NCBI GenBank assembly: GCA_001949185.1
Contig: BDGG01000003.1
Span: 2,297,663-2,361,662, forward strand
Origin: Ramazzottius varieornatus
Lineage: Eukaryota > Animalia > Tardigrada
DNA: 64,000 nucleotides
Reading direction: 5' to 3'
In this document: one piece after another, positions 10,201-22,200 of the stretch
How the letters are laid out: each line of letters opens with the position of its first letter
Position numbering within the stretch: position 1 is the stretch's first letter
Program-made: the position numbers and the translations under genes
Notes under the pieces: model-generated
The model's database searches: none
Told to the model about the DNA's origin: nothing
Seen by the model: only the letters and a program-made list of their open reading frames with translations

Positions 10201-13200
10201 CGGGGCGAGCCGCAAGCGTACAACGTTTGGCGTGTCTTGAGATGTTGGGAGGTTTTCCTCCACCGGATGGCTGTCTATCAAGCTAGCAGAAATACAGTCT
10301 GTAAGCCGAAAACGTTCTCGAGATCGCTCAGAAATCTGTCAAACTCTCATCTTTCTGGGCCTTTCGGTATGCTTCAGTTTACCGAAAAATTTCGATTTGG
10401 TGTCGGTTTGGTGCGAACGCACACCGAAATCGGCTTTTCGGTGTGAGACTCACACCGATAATTTCGGTTTCGGTAATTTCTCATACCAAATCGATAAGTT
10501 CGATTTATTTACGGTAAATGTCGGTGAATCACACTTATCGCATCTCTAGTGTAAGGTATGTGCATGTAACTTCGGCCTGTAGCTTGGCGGGCCGCGCGGT
10601 GAGCGTTTAGCAGGCCGGGGCCGAAATTAAAGCCAAAAAGGGGCACAGACGGTGTGCCGGAAGCTCACCGCTTGGGAAGTCGTGGGGTCTATCGTTGGTG
10701 AAACAGAGCTCACCAGGAAATGACTTATTGGATGTGGCGTTCCTAAATGTTTTCAGTAATGGACAGATCAAATGTTTACAAATCTGCTCACCATGCTGTG
10801 TGCCTGAAGCCAATCAGCTGATCGGACGAACGGTTTATTATGATAAAGTATAGCGAGAACAGCGAACTGATCGACCGCCTATGGTGCGCTTCGTGTGGTG
10901 AGCAAGCTCGGGTTAGAATCGCTGTTCATTGCCAGAAGAAGCGATTATTACATCTGGGATGCTGAGGAATGCCCTGCTTTAGCAATGGAATAACCCTGGA
11001 AGATAAACTGGACTGAGAAGCGAACTGGTGAAACACCGATGTTGTACCGTTTCCCAGGAATTTGAATTAAGTTTACTCCAGTTCGAAAAGAACTCCGTAG
11101 CCTGCCGAATTCGGTGTCGGCAATGGGGTTGCACCTGCCCACGACGAAACCTGTCGGTCAGCGTGTCGTTGACGTTCGATGACTGGGTTTTCAGTCTAGA
11201 AATTGAAACAATGAACGACACATCAGACTGCTTGATGCAACTGTCCGAAGCGCTTACTCATCCCAAATTTACCCGCGCGCCATCAATTTCCAGATTTACC
11301 GAAAGTTAACACCGTAATTTGGACATACGAAAGAATTTTTCTATGTGTAAAGGCTGGAGCACAATAATCACAGTAATCTCGAGCAGAATATGGTTTAATA
11401 AACCCCGTGAACTGCGACCAAGGGGTGTTTTTCAGCATTACAGGCCGTAATGCTTGAAAAATAGCATTGCCTCGCCAACCAATGGTTTTAGATCCGTTTA
11501 TCCTGGAGTAGAGAAACGTTTCCGCTATTGTCCCACTACAATTACTCTTTGCCAATCCTTCGACAGCTGAATGATTATGATCGTTGTAGGTACGACGAGT
11601 GGGTGATGAGCGACTGCCTGATGGCACGGAGTGCAGAGAACGACCTGCGGGCGAAAGCGGAGAATGAGGGACGCCTGGAAAAGTGGTAAGTTTCAAGCTG
11701 TAAGCTTATGGTCAAATGCTAGTTTAGTTAAGGCAAGGCCTATAAACTATATCTCAAAGTTGTATCAACTCCTGCATTGAGGTCCGCGGACAACCCGATT
11801 TGTATCAACTCAGTTTATCCAGAACACCTGGCCAAACGAGAATTGTCCGTTTTCCTTGTCCAGCTTTCACAACACGCCAGCGCTATGGTGCTTACTTTGC
11901 TTTGACTGAACTAGGGAGTGCTCGGTACACCGCGGCGAACTATTTCCTTCATTCCTCGCTGACCCAGCGAAAATTTTACTAAGGCGGTGAAAAACGGTGA
12001 AGAAGAAGAATGGTGAAAGATGTGTATGTGTTTCATTAATCGATCAATTACCTTGTTCTGTTGACTGGGATGCGATCAATCAACCAAGGTAGAAATGATC
12101 GAGCAATCAATGGAACACGCTCACATTTCACCATCCTCCACTCTTCTTCCCTGTTCTTTACCGCGTCAGCGGAAAATTCACTGACGAGGGGATTGGCACC
12201 GTCCTCCCGTCTTGATTCAGAAACTGAGACGGTAGAAAGGTAGAGGAGAGTTTTCTCCATCGACTGAGACAGGCGGAACCGGCGGAAGAAAATCCTGGAA
12301 GACACAGCAGCAAGCGGAAGTGACGGCAGAATCTGGGCGGTGCATGGCTATTCCGTTAATCAAGAGGTTTAATTACCTGATGGATGATTGGCGTTTTGAA
12401 TGACCAAACTGCACTGTATCGCGTAAGATCAGCTTGTGTTCACCAAAACGGTGCGCTTGCTGATGTATACCGTGGACATTCTTCCATCTTCTTCTTCTTC
12501 ATAACTCGAGCAACTGTCGATATGGATTCCGTCAATCCTATGAACATTCGCAAGCTTCTGGAGACGGAATAAGAACAGCACTTCCAGTCAAGCGACACTC
12601 CAAGTGCAGCAGATCAGTTGTTGAAGACGCTCACCAAAGGTACTAATTATTACTGGTGATGTTCGCATTGTGGAATATACGGGTTGATTTTATTCTTTTA
12701 GGATTTCTGGGAACTCATATCAGCCAGGGTGGCTGTCCAGTCTTGGCTACCGAGGAGGACTTGCAATACGAGGTGCCGAATAACTTGTCGACATTCGATG
12801 AGTCGGAAAAGTCCATTGCAGAAACCAACCTGTTGAATGGTGATACCGAAGATGATTTCGAGGCTGCTGCAGACGACCGTCTCACGAACTACGAACCTGC
12901 ATCCAACGAAACTGAGCCGTCGTCGCACGAGCTGTTCTCCCCTAGAATACCGGATCCCAAAGTTCCATTTGACCAAGCAGCCGACGTTGACTACAAGGAA
13001 CGGGCCTTGAATTTCTGGACTGAGCCAGTCACCAAGAAGCGTCGCAGTCTGTCCAGCGTCCAGACTAAATTTAAGAAGGTCACTAGTTTACGTCAGCTGA
13101 TCGAATGGAAGCGACAGTTAGCCGAAGGAGGTTCACGAATCGATAAGCTGAAAGCGATACGTTTGGAAACGGGAAAACAGTTCTTCCTCGCTAAGCAGCA

Positions 13201-16200
13201 ACCTCACGTCATAACAGACATGGACATCCAGCGATGGGCAAACACAGTAACCCGAGAAATCGGTCTGGTTGGCTTTACGGCTTCGTCTCGGTGGGCTGCG
13301 AAATTCAAACGGTATGTGTGAGTCGAGAAACAAATACGGACACTACCAAGCGAAATGTCATCCTATTGTTCTCTCTTGCAGACACTATGGCATTTGTGAC
13401 AGGAAGATCGCGAAGTTCGTCACTAAACAGTATCTCAAAGAAGAACCGGAAATGAAGAAAAGTGCGGATGAATGCGTTGCTCTAGTCAGATCACGCATTC
13501 AAGCCTATGGAATGGACTGTCTGAGGAACGCAGACCAATCGGGCAACGAATATGAGATGCGTCCAGGTCGAACTCTGGATTTTGTCGGCGCAAAGCATGT
13601 TTTGGCACTAACCCGGTCACAGAACTCGATGACCACAGCTATATGGTGATGATGTGCGTGTCTCCAGGTACTCGAAAGTTTCTCCCAGTTCTCTTCCTCA
13701 CGCTGCAGGAAGACAAGGGTGTCTTTGGGCCGATCGTGAAACGAACCATGTTCAAGGCTAGCAATCTGCATGTCACCGCTTCGACTTCAAGCAAGATGAC
13801 CAAGCATCTGTTCATCGAATGGTGCGAAAAAGTCTTCCCGCGTATGAATGATCACTGTATATTTCTAGCCGATTCTTGGCCGACGTTTGCTGATCAAGAC
13901 GCTGTGGAAGAAGTCAGACCCGAAGAGCTGGAGTACGAGATGATCACAATTCCGCCTAAAGTAACCGGTCAAATCCAGCCACTTGATGTCCTCTGTTTCC
14001 GCATGGACAAGGGATACTACCGAAAGATTTCCAACTGGATATTTCTGAAGGATCAGCCGGTTCAAGTCCACCACCGAGACGTAATTCTTAAGCTTCACTC
14101 TTTGATCTAGCGACAGTTTACTTCTCCCAGGTTCGAGAACCTGATTGCTCAAGCTTGGCGCTTATCAGAATACACTGACAAGTCCTTCACGTATGTGAAC
14201 CCTACCGAATACTGTTATGACGGACTTACTGGCCATTGTGATCGTGATAATTGTAAGCGCTCTCTGCTTCTCAAATGCGGTTGGTGTAAGTCTCCTTCGT
14301 GCTTCCATCACGTTTACGAAAGATATCACTTCTGTAAAACTTATCTTCCTTGATACTTTCGGCTCAAATTTTGTTATAGATCGAACCGGTCTGATAAACC
14401 AGCCATGTACCGCCCAGATTCTGCCGTCACTTCCGCTTGCTGCTGTGTCTTCCAGGATTTTCTTCCGCCGGTTCCGCCTGTCTCAGTCGATGGAGAAAAC
14501 TCTCCTCTACCTTTCTACCGTCTCAGTTTCTGAATCAAGACGGGAGGACAGTGCCAATCCCCTCGTGAGTCAGTGAAGACTGGTGAAAACAATTCACTGC
14601 ACTGAGCCATCCCGAGACTGAACGATGACAAAAGAACCTAGAGACCCTACGCTACCTGGGAGTTTTCAGTATTTGATATCCACGTTGACAGAGTGTTAAC
14701 AGAGCGGACCTTCATCGGTATGTGGAGCCTGGCTGATAACTTGGGATATAGCAGGCGTTCACGGTAATACAGTACTTGAACGGGTCTGATGTGTGAAGTT
14801 CGGTGTGTTTGAGATGGGATATCTGCCAGGTGATGCATATACGGAGGCCAAATCCACCAGTGCAAAAGCGATAACAATCAGCGCTGTTCCGATACAATTA
14901 TTTTAATGCATATTTTAATGTATTTTAATGCATAATGCAGAATTTAATTCCGATATGGTCCGCTGTAGCCATAGACTTAACATGGGCGACCGGATTCGAA
15001 TTAGTTCCGCTGTCGTATCGGAACAACACTGATAACAATACTGTAATGCATCATGAACTTGGCGAATCACGTGATCGTACTCGTAAACTTCACCCGCCGG
15101 GCATCAGTTTTTTACACTCTGTCGAATCAACAATCCACCATACACTCAGCTACCGCTGGAAATATTCAGCGCGGCAGGTTAGTTGTCTTCTATAGAAGTG
15201 GAACTACATTCAAAGGTGCAGTCAAGATCCTCAACATTCTCGTCAGCTAGCATTTAGAGTGGCTCAGGCAAGATACTGGCAGCGACAAAAGAGTTTTCAA
15301 CAGTGGACGTTTTGGTTTTAGACCAGGCTTCAGACACGAAGTAGAGAAACTCTTGGCACGATGGCTTCTTCAAGTACCCTTTCTTGGTATTTCCGTGCAC
15401 TTGTCCCTCCACTCGTGGTAGGATTTATTCAGGTAACACTTAAACGGATAGTTAACTTCAACATAAAGAGGCTGGTACTTGCCCGTCAGCCCTAAAAATT
15501 TGCTCCATTTCCTTGTTCTCCAGCAAAGCTCGACTCTCGTAACTCAGGTGCGCGGGTGCGTGGTCTCGAAAAAGGTAGCTACCTTTTTCCTTCTCGTCAA
15601 ACGTGGACTCAATCCACTGGATATCCAAGCTCGACTGCCACCCACCGGAAGCTGCAATTACCTAATAACATAATATTATAGTCGAATTGATTTTCGACCG
15701 AAAATGCTGTTTGACAGAAAAAACGAAAAAGCCGCACTTGTACTGAAAACCACCACACTTTCGGGAATATCCAGCTTTTTCAGAATGCTCTAGGATAGCT
15801 TGCCGGTCTTCTTATTGCCCTTAAAAATCACCACGGCCGGAAATTTATATCCGTCCGCGGCAATGGCCAGGCCCACTGTGAAGTTTTCTTTCGGTGCATT
15901 CGGATCGATCACCGTCACATCTTTTACTCCCTTCGGCGAAAGAGTCTTCTTGTGAGTATAGAAGGCTCGGCGAAGCTAAAATAAGCCGTTTTAGCCGTTC
16001 TTAGCCGTTCTTAGCCGTGGCTAAAAATATTTTAGCCGCGGCTAAAGCAGCTAAATTACCTTTGGCCACGGCTAGAATGTATTGTGCGTTCGAATGATTT
16101 ATTGATGCTAAAACTATTTCAGCCGACTCAACATCAATAAATCAATCAAACATACAATACATTTTAGCCGCGGTTAAAATATTTTTAGCTACGGCTAAGA

Positions 16201-19200
16201 ACGGCTAAAGCGGTTTATCTTGGATTGGCTGAGCCTTGAATACTTGTGAGGATTCTGGAGTTTCACAGAGGTTTCGTCGAAATTGATCATTCTGCAGGGC
16301 GGGGTATTGTTCAGGGTTACGATTTCTTCGACCATATCCAGAGACTGAGCCTCTTTTTCCTAAAATTAAAATAGGCATTTCGCAGACGCATGACGTCACG
16401 CCATAGATGAAAAGAAATGAGGACGGTTTACATCCTGCTGTTATTCATACTTGACGTCACGGTATTCACTATTTGGTATCAAAACATAAGCTTACAATGT
16501 CTTCCTCGGTCATGCTGAATTTCCTTCCTACGTGCGTAGGAGACCGTTACACTATGCTGTGTGGTTTCTGGTACCTGTAAAGCTAGCCCCTGGTGGCTTT
16601 ATAGTCTTTGATTCCCCTTTCTCTGGATACCGGTAGAGCGATTCGTTGGATGTCACACTCCTGAACTCCCTGCACTGTTTTCCAAATTTCTTCTTCCATG
16701 TCCGACAACAGCGGCTCCTTTCCACCTGTGATCTTCGCTGGCAGTCTGATCCTGAAAGCAGGAAGGTTTCAAAGATGGATGTTGAAAGAATAGGAAAAAT
16801 TTTACATCCACCGGCGAAGCGTAGAATCCGGAATTCCATGATCTTTTGCGAACTTGTGCAATGACATTCCAGACTTTGAAAACGACGCCATACTGCGGTT
16901 CGCTTCTTCCTCTCCATAAGTTTTGCGCTTTCTAGTTTTCACCGCTTTGTTTGCAAAAAACGAGAAGACCTAGTCACTGGAGTTGAACATCAGCCGAACT
17001 CGAAAAGTGGTGTTACAACTTCGAAACGAGATTTTGAAGTCCGACCCTAAAGAACGGCAGTTTCATACTGAAAGACCTTATTCTTCCAGGAAGATTACAG
17101 AGATCACGATAGACGCGGCGTAATCGGCGAACTGGGTAGAAGAAACTTCTAGAGTAACAGAAAAAAGCAACGCAAGTTACCGACTTCCGCCAAGCACCTC
17201 ATTTCGAAATTCCAAGCTTGCAAAAAAACATTGGGTGGCGAGATGTCCGCAGACAGTCTTGTCCTTTTCGTCCGCTAGTCCCCTGATCCCTGCGCTTGAC
17301 GTTCCACGGAAGTTTCACGTTCGTTTGACTCTTTCTGTATTTGGGAAACTGTTAGTTTGCAGGGCTTCGTGGTTCTCAGAATCACCATCTGCTCTTTCAA
17401 ATTTTTGATTTTGTTTGTTGTATTTTTCGGTCGTGTCACTCATATGGTTTTGTTTTTGTAACAGTGCTCGTGCACCGAAGTCAGGGAACCTGGCAGAGAA
17501 GCCAGGTGATGCTGTCAGTGATGGGAGGGACCTGCAAGTGGCAAACAAACCCGCACCGGAAAAGAGACTGAAAGGTATGCTGATCAAATCTTTCTTAACA
17601 CTCTGCGTACAACCGTCCTCTTTGTGTATACAATCACTCAGTTTTATTCATCTCCCAGTTTTAGCTTTTGGTCTCTCGGGTTTAGGTCTTTTTGTTTGCA
17701 TGTACCTCGGTCTTCTCTCCAAAGCAACACTAATGACCAGCGGTCAGCAGAACCCCAGCACGCTGGAAATGTTTTCTATGTTTTCGGGTGGTTTTGGTGA
17801 AATTTGGTGTTTCGTCTCTTCGCGCGAGACACGTGCACGGTATTCGCTTAGAAAAAAACTGGAGCACTGGGGACAGTCTTATCTATCGAAGCCGAGCCTG
17901 GGATAAATTTTGTAGTCATCATTGCGGTCAGAAGAAAACTAAGACGGCCGGTTCTCCATTTTGAGATTTGGCGTCATGACCTGCCAATTATCGGAATTTT
18001 AAAAGGTTGAAAATTGCCTGTTGGTTGGACCTGCCTCTGCAACACGGTAACAGCCAATAAGATTCCTTTGTACACAAAGAGGACGGTGGTATTCTGCAAA
18101 CATGAAAACGATCGTGCTGAAAGTGTTGACTGTAGAAGAACGTTCCAAATTTCCTGCATTTCGGAGTTCCCTCCGTTGTTCAGACATAAGAAATTCCGAT
18201 TTAGACCGGAACTTTGCGTCTTTCCCACCTGACGTTTCTTTGCTGTTACCGCATACCGTAGCTCTGCTGGAGTTTGATACTAAATCTAATTATCTAATCA
18301 TAAAATTCATTCGGTGGCCACACCCCGTGCGTAAGTCGATCCAACGTGCACTTAGGAATCGAAGTAGCGAGGCTCGCCGATAGCTATCGGCTTGAGCCCG
18401 TTGTTTCTCGTGCTGAGTAGCGCACTGCCCTGGTGCTGTTCGAGATCACTGCACGTCCTGTTTGTCTTTTCAGAAGAACCGAAAAAGGAACCGAAGAAGG
18501 AACCAGCAGTGGAACCATCTCGCCCTGTAACTCGGAATGGCGGACAAAAACAGCGTAAGGAAGGGACTATTATGTACTCTGAAATAGAAAAGGCCGTTAG
18601 TACCATGATCAGTAGTCTACGTAACGAAATTCCAGAAGAGTTCGCAGAGAACATTTTGTGACGGTTTTCTAGCCTTTAATACGAACTTGTGTATATTAGA
18701 ACCTTATTCCATATTTATCAGTCATTCTCATAATAAGCAAGCTGTTAGCTTGAGTAATATTAACGGGCATTGTTTTCAGCTGCTCAAACTCCGGAGAGCA
18801 AACCACAGAGAGACGTTCCTCAAGAGGCATTACCGAAGAACGCGCAAAAAGAAGTCCATGTGGAACTTTCCGAGAAGAAACCGAAGAAGGAAGCTCCTGC
18901 TAGCGGTTCCGAGAAGAAAATGGAGAAAGACGGTCCAGTTACGAAGACCGACAAGAAGGCTGCCGTTCCAGCTGCAGTCTCTCAGTCGGCTAAACCAAAG
19001 AAACCACGAGCCGACTCTCCAGAGATCGAGTGCTTGGGCTCGGGGACCTTCACCGCGTTCCACAGCGACATTCCAGCCGAAGAGGAGGAAGAGATACCGA
19101 CGCCTGTCGTTCGTACCAAGAAGACTAAGCAGGTGAAACGACTGAGCGGTTCCACGAACCCAGTGAAGTCGACGAAGGAAGTCAAGAAGGAAGCTCGGAA

Positions 19201-22200
19201 GTCAACGAAAGCAACACCGACGAAACCACCGCTGAAGAAGCCTGCAGCGGTGAAGCTTCCAGTCGCAAGCAAAGTGGTTTCTCGCGATTCTTCGCCGGAG
19301 ATCTCAGCTCCTCCGAAGCCACCGAAAAGACTTAAAGTCGATGAGAAAGTGGTGAGGGATACGTTGACCGAGTCCATAGCAGAGACGGTCGCGTGGGAGT
19401 CGAACTGCACGCAATGCACTTCCCAGCAGCAGTGCAAACTACACGCTGCAGCTAGTGCCTCGGGGTATTCCACCAAGACTAACGCGCGTGAAGTCATGAA
19501 GGCGGCTGGAGAAGCATCGAAGGAAGTACCGATATACACTACTAAGACTAATGGTTAGTCGGTTAGAAGTAATTCAAGACACCGGCAGACGAATTCATCC
19601 AGGTCGCTGTCCCAAGTGGCGCACGTTTTCGTTGTTAGTGGTCGAAACCGGGCGTCACTCAGGGAAATGCTCCTGACAAACTCATTTGCCGAGGCTCCCT
19701 TTGTGAATACCGGTATTCAGTCTGTACTCGTACTACAAAACCCTCGTCCTTCAGGTTATTTATTGGTTTAACCGTAATGCGCTGTTTTACCAGGTTCTTT
19801 GATTGTGAAGCCTTTGCCAGTTCCAAAGACGCTCAAAGAAGCCACGAAAGAACCTGCGAAAGTTGTTCAGAAGTTGACCGGAAGCTCTCCAGTCGGTCCA
19901 AGCACCACGTCAGCAGTAACCAAGTCCGCGAAGCCGAAAGAACTGAAGTTGGGCGACAAAGTCGTCGCAGTGCAAGTCGTCGACACCCAAGCGACCACCT
20001 CGAACAGCCTTATTGGTACAAAGCAAATTTCGGTGAATGGAAAACAAACCAAGTTAGTGCTCAAATGCGCTCCGGCTAAACGCGAAGACAAACGTTCCCC
20101 CAGAGATGTTGTTGCCCTGAAGTCTATTGTCAAAACACCGGTCAAGATCTTCACAGTCAAAAGCGCGACGAGTTCGGCTAAGGGAGCGAATAAACAGAAA
20201 CCTAAGGGGTGCGTGGTTACGGGAACGAATACCCAACCCACGGCTTCGGTGGTCATTCCACTGCACCTGGCATCTCCAACTCAACTGAGTACTCCAGCGG
20301 GGCAGCTGGGTACTCCAGTAACGGCCAAGTGCTCTCCGACTGTGACAACGAAGATGGCAGTTGGTAAAGTCGCACTTCCCCTGAAGGCTGGCGTTACGGT
20401 GGGGCGATCGAGCCAAGTTCCAACGGTGTTGAAGAAGTCACCAGCAGGTTTGTTGTGTTTTGTTTCATTTTGTGACGTGTTTCCAATTTATCAAATTCTT
20501 ACGTGGTACTCATATTTGGGATGTCGGGAAATGAAGTGTGCATGATCGTTTTCTCATGTGGCGCACATTCTCATTCTTATTGGCTGTGCGCCACTTACAA
20601 TTGAACGACCATGTATTCATGTCCAAGTCACTTGACGACATCTCGTTTCGCCAGCTTTTATCGATTGTTTCTCGAACTAACCCAGACCAAGACTTCATTA
20701 AGATCGGAAAAACTAGTTTGGTTTTGTTTTGTGTTTTAGCTACTGTGACGCCTCCAGCGAAAGTGCCGCCTGCTCCGGTCGTGGTGAACCCGGAAGAGAT
20801 CAAGCGGAAAGAGAAGGGAGAGAAAGAGAAGGAGAGATCTAAACAGGTGGCCGCCGGACTGATTTCTCTCTTGGCTGTCAGTGTCAAGGCCCCAAATGCC
20901 ACGGGGATGTTGGCTAAGGCGTTTCAGGAAAAGATGGCATATGCCGATGAGGAACTCGACAACGTGTCGAGAGCCGGTTTGCACCATATCTTCGTGAAAC
21001 ACATAGCTTTCGGGACGATCTCTATTCGTAAACAGGCAGATGAACGGTGGCTCTTGTCAGAAGAGCCTCATATGGCTGCTGTACCTTTCTTGAAGTCTCT
21101 GACGACTTATGCCATTCAAGGACTGAACATCCGTAAATACAGAATTTCGATATAATTGTTAGATACTAATTGATTAATCATGGGACATTTTCAGGTCTTC
21201 ATCCTTCCATCCAGTCTCTAGGTGTGCATCGGCAAGTGAAGCTGATGTTCGAGATTCCCGAGACGTTCTTGCAGTCTCATAGTGCTCCCAATGACACCAC
21301 CTGTATGCTACTTCGCTTCTGCCAGAACAGCGGAGAGCTACCGGCTCCGGAGCGCCATCCGCGAAACTTGGTGCTGACGCTGAACTACGGACAACGTCTC
21401 ATCGAACATTTGGTACGTGCACAAACGTTCAAGTTCGGTTTCGTTCGGTACGTACGTGAAGTGAGTATTGTCGTCTTGAACACAGTCTGCAATTACGCTT
21501 ACAGGAACACGGTGACTCGAGCGTCGAGCAAACGTTCAAGCGCTTCTGCTCACCAGTGGAAGTCCCGAAGGCTCTGCTGAAGAGCCAAAATCAGCTGGTC
21601 ATTGAGTGGACGGACTGCTTCGACATTGTTGATCCTGCCAAGGTAAGTTGAATACAAAGCTTTCTCATCACCAACAGCGATTTCATCGTTTTGTTATCAC
21701 TGGCAGGATTTCCTCCTGTTTGTGGAGTTTGCAGAACGTCAATCGCAGGCCACCATCTTGGAAGAGATTCAAGCACGAAAGGTTGAGATCGGAGACACAG
21801 TCGCCAAGTGTAAGTATTTCCATTTGAGGAACAGTTAATGATTTCCAGTAATTACTGATATTTGGGTTGTTTTTTGCAGTGCACAGCCTTCTAACGCCTA
21901 TGAACGCTCCAGGCGTCAAAGAACCCATCCAGCCATCCATGATCTTCACGCTTCTCTGTCCAATGACTAAGAAGCGTCTGACGATACCTGTTCGCTCCCG
22001 AGCTTGTCAGCACAACGAATGCTTCGACGCTCCTGCCTACCTGGCCGCCAACGCAGCGTCTCGTTCAGCGTGGATCTGCCCACTGTGTAACAAGATTGCC
22101 CTGCCCGAAGACCTCGTCTTGGACGAGTAAGTCTCGTTACCTTCGTTCACTATTTAGAAGGACGCAAAATAAACTGAGACAGGATCGGTTTTTTCAAGTG

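Larger units (their letters stand above)
11912..14615. mobile_element. Older hAT-type palindromic MITE (~320 bp net) split by the Tc5-like element
   Basis: Ends TAGGGAGTGCTCGGT / ACTGAGCCATCCCGA and a perfect 8-bp TSD GACTGAAC (11904-11911, 14616-14623). Imperfect inverted arms 11912-12184 continue at 14569-14615. Confidence 0.8.

Noticed and set aside
14897-14938. Short (TATTTTAATG)n repeat
   Set aside because: Ordinary low-complexity microrepeat with no evident function.
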